Notes: generated from the sequence alone by a model not told the origin. A stretch of DNA of 64,000 nt from Raja brachyura (GCA_963514005.1 OY740804.1:5580001-5644000); one strand, 5' to 3'. Shown: positions 37,279-50,491, counted from the stretch's first letter. Program-made: numbers and translations.

Positions 37279-38353
37279 CTGAGGGGAGAAACTTTCAAAT
37301 GAAGGGCAAACGAACTGTTTAATGGAAATAGATACATTTGGAAGATGACATGAAAGAAAACTTAAATCGTTCCTTGATGTTTCACATTGCTGCACGGCCG
37401 ATGTGTCCGGTCTCAAGTGCGGGCAGTGCTGTCATTGCACCAGTTGTGTCAGTGTTCTGTCCTGGGGTCAGTACAATTAGGGCTCACTTCCCACTACAGA
37501 TCCATGAACAGAAACTGGGCTGGGATCGCAGTGCGTTAATGAGGGAGCGCGGCAGTGTTGCAGGAGCTGCCTTTCAACAATCGCAGGCGGTGCCCGGCCT
37601 CTCACCCTGCAGAAATACACCATTTTGCTATTCATTGGCGGTGCCGCCGGCTGCGCTGCCAATATTCATCTCTCAACCGACTGGGCCGGACCCGTGTTTA
37701 GACATTCACTGCCTTAACAACGCCCTGATTGAGTACAGAGAACGGATGAGTTACAATAAAACGGGTCCGTTGATTGAGAGCGTTACTAGCATGAAAACGC
37801 ACACCACCAGATTCGGGGACAATTTATTCCCAACTGTTATCAGGCCTCTGAATCATCCTACCATATCCAGAGAGCAGTGCTGAACTACCGATCTACCTCT
37901 TTGCTGACCCTCAGACCACCATTGATCGGACTTTGCTGGCTTTACCTTACACTAAACGTTATTTCCTTATCATGTATCTATGCACTGTAAGAGGATCGAT
38001 TGTAATCATGTATTCTCTTTCCGCTGGCTGGTTAGCACGCAACAGAAACGCTTTTCAGTGTACCTCGGTCCACGTGACAATAAATTATACTGAATTGGGA
38101 GCCAAATGTCCCGCTGCTCATCGGGGACAGGTTCTATTCTCAATTTAAACTATCGTCAGGATTCAAATAGACCATGTGTCAACAGTAGTTAAACTACGAA
38201 CATCGTCTTGATATTCAAATGTGACTTCAAAGCCATCACCACAATGCATTGAGTTCCATTTCCACCAGTACATGTCTACACATACTTAACCAGCTCGGCT
38301 GTGGAAATGCTGCACGGGACCCCAAATAACATTGATCATTGGCTTTCACTCAC

Positions 38354-38390
38354 CGGGCAGCAAGGAGATGAGAAGAATGGGAATCCACAT
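38354..38390 (-). pseudogene. Gene 4 leader exon MWIPILLISLLP (intact exon of a pseudogene)
   Basis: ATG, 37 nt, G|GTGAGT donor. Confidence 0.82.
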
Positions 38391-39080
38391 TGTTTTATCC
38401 ACAGTGACAAGGCCAGCACTTGTCTGCCTGTCGCTCAGCTCTGTGCTCTCAGATGCAACCGCATCTCTCAAATAGCAATGAGGAAGGGAACAGGAAATCA
38501 CATCGTGAACCACAGCGAGCCAGCAGCAGCTCGACACGCTGTCTTGTGAAAGGCTCAGGGTTATATTTAACAAATGATTGGGTCAGATGATCACAGAGAC
38601 ACACGGCACGGAAACAGGCCCTTCTCCCAAACTCGTTAGACCAATATGCTCATCTACGTTAATCAAATTTGCCACGTTCGACCCATATCTCCCCAAACCT
38701 CCCCTTTCCATGGACTTGTCCAAGTGCCCGTTACATGTTGGTATTAGAGACTTCGTTAAGTGTGATGTATCCGTAAGGATGGAGCGGCGGTTATCTCTGT
38801 ACTCGGAGTCTGTTAACACTGAACAGTGGTGGAAATAATGATACGCAAATAATTGCAGAAGCAACTCTGCGGGCCAGGCAGCACCGATAACCATATAACA
38901 ATTACAGCACGGAAACAGGCCCTCTCGGCCCTTCCAGTCCGTGCTGACCATTTATTTTCCCCACCTCTGGAGAAAATGGATAGGTGACCTTTCGGGTCGG
39001 GACCCTACATGTAAACAATGATACGTTGAATAAAGTATGACATTTCAAATAGTAGAAACGTCTAAGATGTGTACACTTCT

Positions 39081-39905
39081 GTGTGCAGTATAATGTGGAT
39101 AAATGTGAGGTTATCCACTTTGGTGGCAAAAATAGGAAAACCGACTACTATCTAAATGGTGGCCGATTAGGAAAAGGGGAGATGCAGCGCGACCTGGGTG
39201 TCATGGTACACCAGTCATTGAAAGTAGGCATGCAGGTACAGCAGGCAGTGAAGAAAGCCAATGGTATGTTAGCTTTCATAGCAAAAGGATTTGAGTATAG
39301 GAGCAGGGAGGTTCTACTTCAGTTGTATAGGGTCTTGGTGAGGCCACACCTGGAGTATTGCGTACAGTTCTGGTCTCCAAATCTGAGGAAGGACATTATT
39401 GCCATAGAGGGAGTGCAGCGAAGGTTCACCAGACTGATTCCTGGGATGTCAGGACTGTCTTATGAACAAAGACTGCATAGACTCGGTTTATACTCTCTAG
39501 AATTTAGGAGATTGAGAGGGGATCTTATAGAAACTTACAAGATTCTTAAGGGGTTGGACAGGCTAGATGCAGGAAGATTGTTCCCGATGTTGGGGAGGTC
39601 CAGGACAAGGGGTCACAGCTTAAGGATAAGGGGGAAATCCTTTAGGACCGAGATGAGAAGGAATTTTTTCACACAGAGAGTGGTGGGTCTCTGGAACTCT
39701 CTGCCACAGAGGGTAGTTGAGGCCAGTTCATTGGCTATATTTAAGAGGGAGTTAGATGTGGCCCTTGTGGCTAAGGGGATCAGAGGGTATGGAGAGAAGG
39801 CAGGTACGGGATACTGAGTTGGATGATCAGCCATGATCATATTGAATGGCGGTGCAGGCTCGAAGGGCCGAATGGCCTACTCCTGCACCTAATTTCTATG
39901 TTTCT
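39081..39905 (+). mobile_element. Young 5'-truncated CR1 LINE with intact ORF2 C-terminus and 3' tail
   Basis: 244 aa open to the natural stop (GYGEKAGTGY*), ends in ttctatgtttcta, short ACTTC target duplication; absent at paralogous sites (~10515, ~29425). Confidence 0.92.
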
Positions 39906-41371
39906 ACTTCCGGATCATTCCCTCTTGAGGATTTTGTAAGTGGACCGGCAGATCAAAAATATAATTATTGGAACTTATGTTTTGGCATATTACTGTTCAC
40001 AAGGGGCAAAACATGTAGCTGGCGTTAGGAAGTAGGGAATTTTCACCTGAAATCAGCTGAGGTTAATTGGAGTTTGACCCGGTCCTCTCTGCTTCAACTC
40101 TTTAGTTCAAACTTTGAAACACTCTTGTTATGACAATTAATGGTGTAGTGGACTGTGAAGAAGTTTATCTGTAATTAACACAGGATTGGGATCAGCTGGG
40201 AAAGCGTGATGTGGAATGTAACTGACATGTGTAATGTAACTCAAACAAAGGCGAAGTGATACACTTAGTGAAGTTAAATCAAGGTAGAATATGCACGATG
40301 AATTGAATTGTAAACTTCTCTTCTTTGCAACACAGAGTTAATAAATGATCAGTGTTGCGTTCATGTACATGTCATTTCCTGACTTTGTACACCTGCTTGC
40401 ATCGATTAATTTCAATCTGTACGCAAATAGTTGCATTATAATATAACCTAATATCTGCAACTGGCTATCGTTCTGGGTGTGTTACTTTCTGGGGGACAGT
40501 GCAGTTTATTCGGGTTGTGTACATCAGTGGCAATGTTGTGTATCACGTGGTATGGATGAAAGACACTGATGGGCCCGCCACTGATGTTAGCTGAGCGTTG
40601 GCAACCCTCAGCAAATGATCTTTGTTCAGCAGCTATTTCCTCTTTACTTTCCCTACCAAACACGTTGCAGAATTGAACCTTCGATGGTGCAAATCAATTT
40701 ATTTTAATTATCGTTCTGCTTTTTCCTATGACTTTCTCCAAACACTGCTCAGCAAACAGAATTGCAAGAAGCTGCTCGCAAGATGCGGTTCAGAGATACG
40801 AATCCACACATCTTTGTTTCAGGAGCTACGTCAAATTGTCAGCACTGCAGAGCAATTCAGTGTAAATAAATGACTGTTTGAACATATTAGATTAAAGCAC
40901 ATTCCAAGCCAGAACCCACCACTAAAAACAACATTTTTTCTCTCCGGTGATGCTGCCTATCCCGCGGAGTTGTTCCAGTATTTTGTGTCTATCTGTGGCA
41001 TCTCAGACTGTTTTTCTCTCAATATTTGTGAGGCACTTTGGAACGTCTTGCAGAAAAGCTCAAATTCAAGTTGGGTTACACAAAAAACTGGAGAAACTCA
41101 GCGGGTGCAGCAGCATCTAAGGAGAGAATGTACCAGGTAATTCTCACACCAGGTGTGTGATTGTACCAGGTAAAATACCTCTTTATCAGTGGGGTATTTT
41201 ACCTGGTACAATCGTCTAATCTGTCCCAACATTATGGCTATTACTCCGTCAGTGAAGATTACCATCTGTCCTTTTCAAACACTTTCATTGGTCTTAAATC
41301 CGAGGGTGGTAAATCTGTGGCGGCCAATTCAATGGTTATTTTTAAGGCAGAGATAGACAGGTTCTTCCTTA

Positions 41372-42075
41372 GGGTTACACAAAAGGCTGGAGAAACTCAG
41401 CGGGTGCAGCAGCATCTAAGGAGCGAAGGAGATAGGCGACGTTTCGGGTCGAGACCCTTCTTCAGACTGGTCAGGGATCAGGGAAACGAGAGATATAAAC
41501 AGTGATGTGGAGAGATAAGGAACAATGAGTGAAAGATATGCAAAAAAGTATTGGTGATAAAGGAAGCAGGCCATTGTAAGCTGTTTGTGGTGTGAAAATG
41601 AGAAGCTAGTGCGACTGGGGGGGGTGGGGGGGGGGGGGGAGATGGAGAAGGAATGTCAGGGCCAGAGGGCTGAGGGAGAGGTGGGGGGGAGGCAGTCTGG
41701 GTTAACAGAATTGAGAAAATTCAATGTTTAAGCCCAGAGGATGCAGACTCCCCAAGCGGAATATGAGGTGCTGTTCCTCCAACTTGCGGTGTTGATCACT
41801 CTGGCCGTGGAGGAGGCCCAGGACCGAGAGGTCGGATACGGAGTGGGAGGGGGAGTTGAAGTGCTGAGCCACCGGGAGGTCGGGTTGGTTATTGCGGACC
41901 GAGCGGAGGTGTTCGGCGAAACGATCGCCCAGCCTCCGCTTGGTCTCACCGATGTAGATCAGCTGGCATCTGGAGCAACGGATGCAGTAGATGAGGTTGG
42001 AGGAGGTGCAGGTGAACCTCTGTCGGACTTGGAATGACTGCTTGGGTCCCTGAAAGGAGTGGATGGGGGAGGTGA
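41372..42075 (-). mobile_element. Penelope-like retroelement 3' portion with GIY-YIG endonuclease
   Basis: CTSSNLIYCIRCSRCQLIYIGETKRRLGDRFAEHLRSVR...EEQHLIFRLGSL. Confidence 0.88.
41435..41469 (-). ncRNA. Minimal type I hammerhead ribozyme motif of the Penelope-like element
   Basis: Minus strand CAGT-CTGAAGA-AGGGTCTCGACCC-GAAAC-GTC: CUGANGA core, stem II, GAAA and GUH cleavage triplet. Confidence 0.65.
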
Positions 42076-44486
42076 TCCTAGTACGCGTGCCAGTGCTTAT
42101 GAGGAGAAGGCAGGAGAATGGGGTTGAGAGGGGAAGATCACCCATGATTGAATGGCGGAAATGATTTGATTGTCCGAATCGCCAAATTCTGCTCCAAGAT
42201 CTATGAACTTATGAACATAGTTCATTGATGGGCGGAGTTAGTCACAAGTCGGACTGAGAAATATAACACATATTTGTAGTTTCACACCCGACCATCAATG
42301 CAAACCGTAACAAACTACACTCAATCGTTTTGTTCGAAATGTAAATCGACTTTATATTATTTAAAGCCCTTCAAGTCCTAATATTCACGCTTTGTATATT
42401 AAAATGAGCGCTGTAATGGACAGTGCAGAGGTTTGTCTAAAGATACCACAGCATGTAGATTAAAGTGGGAAACGGGAGAGAAATTACATTTGTAATTTAA
42501 GTGGGTTATTTGTTATACTGATTGTATTGGGAAGGGTGATTATACGGCGATGGGTGTATAGATGACTAAGAGATACTGTATAGTACGGGAGGGTCTTTTC
42601 TTTTTATTTTTTTCTCTCTCTTTTATTGTGTGGCTTTGTAACTATTTGATTAGTGTATACATGGAAATTCCGCGTCTCGTCGTTTACTATGTGAAGAACA
42701 TTTATTTTTGTCAGTGATGGATTTTACCCGAAGCAATCTTTGACTCTAACCGAACTTTGTGGTCGTGACTCCATTATTGCAGGTCTCCATGTTGCAAGCA
42801 ACATCTTTCATGGCACTTTTATGGGCGGGGTTACAGTCACAAGTCAGACTGAGGAAAGCAACACAATGCATTTGTAGTTTCACACCCCGCGCTTTGCAAG
42901 CTGCAACTGAAACATTTTATTCTGCACATGGATAGACTTTCCAATATTTATAATCCTTCAACTCCTTTGTGGACAAATTGTATAACTCGTTGCAGAAATA
43001 TTTGTTTTAATCAATGTTACAGAAGTCAAAGGACGCGAAGAGTGGGATAACATAGAACTAGCGTGAAACGGTTGATGTGGACTCAGTGGTCCAAATGTTC
43101 TATACCCTTGGTGTATCTTTCAATCACTCAGTCAAAACAAAAAATCAATTGCATATCGCACTTAAAATCTTCAGATATTAGATGTGCTCAGCGTGTCAGG
43201 CAGCATCTGTGGAGAGAAAAATAATGCTAACATTCAGAACAAGTTCGTTGCATCATATTGTTCTGACGGGATACCATGGTCTGAAAGATTAATTGATTGC
43301 CTTTATTAAACGTCCTTAACGATTGTCAGCAAGAGGAATATACAGCAGTCTGAATGCAGTCTGTTCTTCATCAATAAAGTTACAGTCTAAACAATACAAA
43401 TGAGACAAACGCTTCATTGACAACAACAGTTTATTAAGAAGCATTCTAATACATTATTATTCATTGATCATTATAAAAAAGAATTACAGTAATTTGATTG
43501 CATTGAACAGGGTTTGACAGAGTATAAGGCTCTAGAGCAGCCGGTAACCGTGCAATGGTTTAAAGATAGCTCCAAGGTGACGAAATACAATTTGAGAGAT
43601 GACAAAATTAAAATTAGAGCGGGGAAACGATAAGTATAGGGGAGGAGTTTTAGAAACAGTTATGGTCTTGATGTTCGGAAATATACGTCCTTTGGTTCTT
43701 GATCCCCTTTAACTCTGAGTAAAATGGTATGTGCATTTACTCTGTCAAGGGTTAGAGTTTACAGACTTTTAAAGCGCAGGGCAATAAAAGTGGACACCAA
43801 AGGTTCTGATGAATTTGGACTTTAAGATAGCATTTTATAAGATGGCACAAGGTTATTAAAGAACATTCGATTTATAAAATGGGTATGTTAGATGCTGGCA
43901 TGAAATATAATTTGCTTGTGGGTTAGAAACAGAATGTATGAATTTTCGTGTCATTTTCAGATTGGGAGTCTATGACCGATCTGTGAGAAGTGGAGCGCAA
44001 CAGAGTTCAGTGCTGCTGTCCCATGTGTTCCCGTCTGCACTCATGATTTGGATGAAGAAACCGATTGCAGCTTGATCAGGCGTATTATCCGGCACAATAG
44101 GTTGTGAGGAGGTTATTGAGAGACTTCAAGGAGATGGAGACAGGCAAACAGAATGTGGAAGATGCGAAGTTATCCACTTTCGTAGCAAATATAGAAGGGT
44201 CGTGTATTTATTAGATGGTGAAGGATTAAAGTATTGTTGTGTGGAAAGATTTGGGTATTCTTGTACATGAATCCTTGAATCTTACCAGAAAGACAGTAAG
44301 AAATTCGAAGGACAAATGGTCACCATCGCTTGAAAATGTGTCTAGTCCTGTAAATGTGTCTTTATATCTTTAAATACGGTCTTTACACTCACATCGTATG
44401 TATAGTATTGGTGAGCTAGCAGCAACCAGAGCAAAACCCGATATAGGATATCTGAAACAGAAACAAAACTATTGGAAGCAATTTTC

Positions 44487-44795
44487 TGTTTAGTTTAGTT
44501 TGGTTCAAAAGTCCAGCGCGGAAACAGGCCTTCCGGCCCACAGAGTCCTCGCCTACCAGCGATTCCCGTACACCAGCACTATTTTACACACGAAGGACAA
44601 TTTACAATATTTACAGAAGCTCATTTACCTACAAACTTGTATTTCTTAGGGGGGGTGGGGGTACCGGAGATCCCAGGGAAAACCAACGGAGGTCACGGGG
44701 AGAACGTAAAAACTACGTACAGACAGCACCCGTTGTCAAGATTTAACGCGGGTCTCTGGCGCTATCGGGTAGCAACTCTACCGCTGCGCCACGAT
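44487..44795 (-). mobile_element. tRNA-derived V-SINE, degenerate
   Basis: GTGGCGCAGCGGTAGAGTTGC head on the minus strand and (ACTAA)n tail. Confidence 0.65.
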
Positions 44796-46682
44796 GTAGC
44801 AAGGGGGATGACTTTAGTCACCCTGAGGTACGTGTAAGGTATCACGTTTGCAGCACACAATAATGCCTCATAGATTTTCAATTTTACTGTAACACTTTGC
44901 ATCAGTTCACTTTGCATATTATTAACCAGCGTAAGCAACCCAACAGCTGTTTCCCCTCAATTTCAACGTTGGTTTAATTTCAGCTGTCTCTGTGGCAACT
45001 CAACCGTCTCCTTCAGCTTTCAGTTCCCCTTTATCTACTTCCTTTGAACAGTGATGAAAACCCACGATTCCATCAGCTGTTTATGCCATCGCTACCTGGT
45101 GAAGCAAGTGTGTCATCATGCCTGACCATCCCTGGTAATATAAGACACATTGTCTCTCCTTCCATTCCTCTAATTAGATCTAGGACAGGTTATGTTTGGG
45201 TAAGGTCTCTCAACTGCCAGGAGTGCTGCAGTCACTAAGAGTGTTCCGGTCAGTTGCTACAAGTTGTAATGTCTTTACGGAGTTTGTACGTTCTCCTTGT
45301 GACTGCGCGGGGTTTCTCCGGGTGTTCCGGTATCTTCCCACGCACCAAGGACATATAGTTTGATGGCTTCTGAAACAAAAATGTAAATTGTCGCGAGTTT
45401 GTAGGAAAGTGCTTGTGTACGGGCTGATCGCTGGTAGGCGTGGACTCGTTGGGCAGAAGGGTCTCTTTCCCTGCTGTCTCTTTACAAAGATAGAAACCAA
45501 TAAGTGCAGTAGGCCACTCGGCCCTTCGAGTCAGCACCACCATTCAACATGATCGTGGCTGATCTTCCAAAATCAGTACCCCGTTCCTGCTTTCCCACAA
45601 AATTCATTGATACCGTTAGCCACATCTAACTCTCTCTTGAATATCTCTCTTGAATCTCTAAGTGAAGTAAAGTCTACAGGGCGGAGCAAGAGGATACAAG
45701 CGACGAATCATCTTGTCGGTTGTGTGCGTTTTCTTGTGTGTTACTTCTTAGAATTGGTAACAATGTCGAACATCTAATCAAACTTCCTTTATTAGTGAAA
45801 AATAACAACCAGCAGCACTGTGCCTAAAATCATACCACACAATGCGTATAGTTCTGAGCAAATAAGACCATAGGAATTAGAAGCGAGAGTAGGTAGTTTG
45901 GCCCTTTGTACCTATTCAGTCACTCAATGGAATCATGGATGATATTTTATCCCAGCCTCACCATCCTGCACTAACCACTATCCTGCACAACCCCACTATC
46001 CTGCACTAACCTATCGGTTCAGTTTTAAAGTTATGGAAACAGGCCATTCGGACGAACGAGTCCAGGTCAACTATTGAGCAAAGGTTCGCATTTGTTCTGT
46101 GTTATTCCACTTTCTCACCTACTCCCTGCATATTAGTGACATTTTTGTACAGAGGCCAATTAACCAACAAAACTGGGGTACCCAGTAATTAACTTACTGT
46201 CAATTGTGCAGAACTCTGAACTGACAGGTTTCATACGTAAATTATAACATTTCTTATACTATGGTGAAATACTTGCATCTGAGAATGAGAGATCAATACA
46301 GTAACCTTAATATAGAATGCGGTCACAGGGAGAACATGCAAACGCCACACAGACAGATTCGACAAAAGTGGTGAATGCTGCCCATTCCGTCACTCGTTCT
46401 CACCTCCCCACCCTTGAAAGGATTTACAGGGATCACTGCCTCAAAAAGACAGCCTGCATTATCAGAGGCCCACACCCCCATGGCCACGAACCCATTTCAC
46501 CCCTACCATCGGGAACATGGTACAGGAGCCTGAAAGCTATAATGACTAGCTTCAGAGCACCTTCCTCCCGACAGCCACCAGGTTAAGAAACACAACAACC
46601 TCCAAATAAACTCTGACCGACATAGACTAGGACGGGAGGGGTTTTGTCTTTTTGCACTATTATTGTGTGTTTCTTTTATATA

Positions 46683-46820
46683 CATGTGTGTGTGTGTGTG
46701 TGTATTTTTAAATAATATATATGATATCTGATATATGATATAATATTATAATATATATAATGATGGTATATGATATAATATTATAACATAATATATTAAA
46801 TATCACACATACACACATAC
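46683..46820. repeat. (GT)n / AT-rich / (CA)n low-complexity tract
   Basis: Direct reading of the sequence. Confidence 0.8.
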
Positions 46821-47226
46821 TGAACTTTTTAGCGTTTATATTATTTACATAAACATATGTTTATATATTCTGTTATGCAGCTGCAGCTAAGAATTTCATT
46901 GTTCTGTATGGGACATTTGACAATGGAACACTGTTGATTTTAACCTCAGCTTTTTAGCCAGACCAATGAAAGGAATTCGGTTGGATTATGTGTGTCTGTG
47001 TGAGGATGGATATCGCCACTAGACTACTATTGTTTGGGTAGATGACTTGGAGTCATGGAAAATAATGCCAATGATGGGCTAATTGGAAAAGGGGGTGCAA
47101 TTTGAAAGAATAAATTTATGGAAGCTTTACAAATTTAGCATGTGCATAGATTATGCCAGCGGAGCCTGATAAAACAGCGGAGCGAAGACAAGGCCGCAAA
47201 GAACACAGTTCCAATAAATAGTTTTC

Positions 47227-47544
47227 CTAAGAAGCAACGGTGCCATAAATTGGCTGTGCAGAATCTTGCAGGTTGCCAGGGGACCTGGCATTGCCCCTTG
47301 GGGGACCGCTTGGGGATTTAACACTTGCATAGGTGACATTGTCCTCACTGGTAACAGAATGCTTTCCTTGGGAGATGACGTTGTCTTTGTTGGCAATGGA
47401 CTGTCCTATTCTCGATCTCCTTTGAAACTGCACCGCTGCATACATGATCCCGCTGTCATTGTTGGCCAACTGGGCAGCTGCCTCATCGTCTCGAGAATAC
47501 TGCAGATTCGCATAAGTAGTACTTTCTTCCCGTGTTGGTATTTC
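47227..47544 (-). CDS. Gene 5 terminal cytoplasmic exon with ITSM/ITIM motifs
   Basis: TGTTAG acceptor, phase 0, 318 nt to TAG; motifs TTYANL, IMYAAV, VTYASV, PIYGTV. Confidence 0.9.
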   Translation of the reverse strand, partial: EIPTREESTTYANLQYSRDDEAAAQLANNDSGIMYAAVQFQRRSRIGQSIANKDNVISQGKHSVTSEDNVTYASVKSPSGPPRGNARSPGNLQDSAQPIYGTVAS

Positions 47545-48629
47545 CTAACATAAACAAAAATGAAGAACCAATTTACAATCTGATGGAAGGCGGAAGGTGT
47601 AGTCTACTCTCCCAAGTCAATAAGTTTGCGGATGTTTCCGCTAGTGGGAGAGTGTCAGACTAAACGGACGTACCTTTAGAAAGGAGATGAGAAGGCATTT
47701 CTTTAGTCAGTGGGTGGTGAATCTGTGGGATTCATTGCCAAAAAAGGCTGCGATGAGGGACAAAAGTGCGAAAACGCACACCTCCAGATTCAGGGTCAGT
47801 TTCTTCTCAGTAATTATCAGGCAACTGAACTGTCCTATCAACAAACAGAGCATGGCGCTGATTAGCGTCTACCTCATCAGCGACCCTCGAACTATTTATA
47901 ATCGGACTTTAGTAGACTTTATCTTGCACTAAACATTATTCTTTTTATCCTGTATCTGTACTCTGTGGACGGCTCCATTGTAATCACGAATAGTCTTTCC
48001 CCTGACTGGATAGCACAGAATGAAACGATTTTCACTGTGCCTAGTACACTGCACACTGTACATGGCAATAAACTAAACAAAACAAAACCTCATCACCGTT
48101 CTGCCAGGGAAGTTCCTTCAGGATATTTATTATAGCCCTGCTCCTGCTGTCATGCATAGAGAAGAAGATTGTGGCATTCTCTCTTCAGTAATTAGCTTTA
48201 AAAAGGGGAGAGGCAGCTGTTGACATTGAGATTTTGCAAGGAATTGACAAATGTATCCCAATGTATTTAACGTGACAAAAACATAATTCAACTTGGTGGT
48301 CAACTTGAAAATTAATAAGGTACTAATACAGAGTTAGTTTGTCAAATGCTCAGGTGTGATCAAGTTAAGTTGTGTCACGTAAATTGGAATATGTTTCCAA
48401 CAAACACAGTTCACAGCAGCGCTAATGAATGCTAAGATATCACCAGTTGGTCAGATTTAAGAGATAATAAAGTGAGAAAACCCATCACTGAACAATCAAC
48501 TGCCTTCCCAGACTAGGCTACTCCTGTTTTTTTCTGATTGTACATCGATATTTGGGTCCAAGAGGTATGTCTCATTAGCAATTAGCAAAGACTTTCTCTA
48601 AGATTAGATACAAGGCTAAACTTATTCTG

Positions 48630-48799
48630 CACCTGCCAATCACAATTAAAGATTGACGCCACTCCAAGGACCAGTCAAGTAAAATATCAAGGACGCTTTT
48701 AAGTAAAGTCTGGATAAATGGATATATAGAATGGATACTGGAGAGGGCTGGTGGGGCTGATTGCCCTGTGTAGTGTCATATAATCTGATTTTGAAAAGT
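48630..48799 (+). repeat. 170-bp direct repeat, copy 1 (copy 2 at 50322-50491)
   Basis: cacctgccaatcac...gattttgaaaagt; one mismatch seen between the copies. Confidence 0.92.
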
Positions 48800-48836
48800 T
48801 TCAAACAGTCAATTGATTCATATTTCATGTCCTTAC

Positions 48837-48883
48837 CTGGGTTCCAGTTGCCCTGGCTCTGTGGTGTGTGTTGGACTTGGATT
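48837..48883 (-). CDS. Gene 5 cytoplasmic exon 2 (ESKSNTHHRARATGTQ)
   Basis: TTGCAG acceptor, CAG|GTAAGG donor, phase 1->0 exactly bridging the TM side and the terminal exon. Confidence 0.8.
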
Positions 48884-49474
48884 CTGCAACATATAATGTT
48901 GTTGTTGTAAGGACCATGTCAATGGACAGGCCGTGTTTCAACATCTATGCGTTACATTCTTATGCAGTTACATTCTTATTCCAATGAGCATCATCTGCTT
49001 TGATCTGCACTTGTTCATGCCTTACAGAAGGGTACAAAGAGCATGTATCTCTAATTTCCCTCTCCCCTGATTCTCAGTCTGAAATAGGGTCTCCAATCCG
49101 AAATGTCACCCATTCCCTCTCTCCAGTGATGTTGCCTGTCCTGTCTCCGGCATTTTGTGTCTATATTCGGTGTAAATCAGCATCTACAATTCCTTGCTAC
49201 AGAAACTATCAGCATCTCACTTCTAACCAACTTCATAGCTGTGATGCAGCTTTTCCTCTCCATATTAAGACTGAGTTCCCGACATGTGAAAGAGCTAGAT
49301 TTAGCTCCTAGGTCTAACGGAATCAAGGGATGTGGAGAGAAAGCAGAAATTGGGTACTGACTTTGGATGATCAGCCATGATCATTTTGAATAGCGGTGCT
49401 GGCATGAAGGGCCGAATGGCATATTCCTGCACATATTTTCTATTTTTCTATGTGGAGTTAAGCAGTACACTCAC

Positions 49475-49516
49475 CCAGATGCAGTGGCGGCTCCATAGTT
49501 TTAACGCCCCATTGAG
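49475..49516 (-). CDS. Gene 5 cytoplasmic exon 1 (AQWGVKTMEPPLHL), symmetric phase 1
   Basis: TTTCCCTATCTAG acceptor, G|GTGAGT donor, 42 nt open; skippable without frameshift. Confidence 0.6.
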
Positions 49517-49635
49517 CTAGATAGGGAAACTTAAACTTTGGTTCTTGGTTGACTAGAATATATTACAATTACTTACCAGTTGGTCAAAAACTATCACATA
49601 TAGCTTGAAGTGAGGAAGAAAAAGTGGAATCTCAC

Positions 49636-49730
49636 CCCTGTGTCTATTCCTTAGATACAATAGTAGGCAAGCGAATAATCCAACAAGCAGAACCCCGGTG
49701 ACACTGAGAACAATTATCATAATAGGTCTG
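49636..49730 (-). CDS. Gene 5 transmembrane exon (RPIMIIVLSVTGVLLVGLFACLLLYLRNRHR), no charged TM residue
   Basis: Strong polypyrimidine/CAG acceptor, G|GTGAG donor, phase 2->1, basic stop-transfer cluster. Confidence 0.9.
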
Positions 49731-50321
49731 CTGTAGAGAGAAAGAAAGAGTCATCTTCGGAATACAACGGATTTTTAACTATTGTTAGAGAAGAAACATA
49801 TAGCATTGATACAACAACTTGCAAAGCCCTGGAATATGTTTAGCCCAGTAAATGCAGTTCGGCATTGTTGGGTTGTGGGAAATGCAAGGCTGGTGGCTTA
49901 TGTTCAGGTTTGGTTTTGGTTTCGGTTTGTTATTGTCACATCTACAGAGGAACAGTGAAAAGTTTTGTTTTGTATTTTCTGCCATCAAATCAGAAAATAC
50001 AATTCATAATTCCAGTCAAACCCAGCTCGTGTGAATAGGTAGAGCGAATTGAAAGATCCAGAGTGTCTGGCCAACATGTGTTCGGTAAAACAATTGTGGA
50101 ACATCTTCAACAAATCCAGATGAAGACATCCATTATGTTTTCAGGGTATATAGTGTGCCTGTGTGTGGCCACCACAGATGGCACCTTGAAGAATGCGGGC
50201 ATTTCATCCATTTACCGTGATCGACATTAAAGCTGTGACCAACCTTTCAGGGTGGCGCTCACAAAGGATATCAAGGGCCATGCTCTTAGCCATTAATTCA
50301 CCATGAACTTCCCATCAGTGC

Positions 50322-50491
50322 CACCTGCCAATCACAATTAAAGATTGATGCCACTCCAAGGACCAGTCAAGTAAAATATCAAGGACGCTTTTAAGTAAAG
50401 TCTGGATAAATGGATATATAGAATGGATACTGGAGAGGGCTGGTGGGGCTGATTGCCCTGTGTAGTGTCATATAATCTGATTTTGAAAAGT
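50322..50491 (+). repeat. 170-bp direct repeat, copy 2
   Basis: Near-identical to 48630-48799. Confidence 0.92.

Noticed and set aside
37338-37883. Recurrent plus-strand ORFs (580-852, 8070-8345, 37338-37883) with similar translations
   Set aside because: Antisense to intron 1 of recently duplicated genes; starts, stops and frames differ between copies, so the similarity reflects DNA duplication only.
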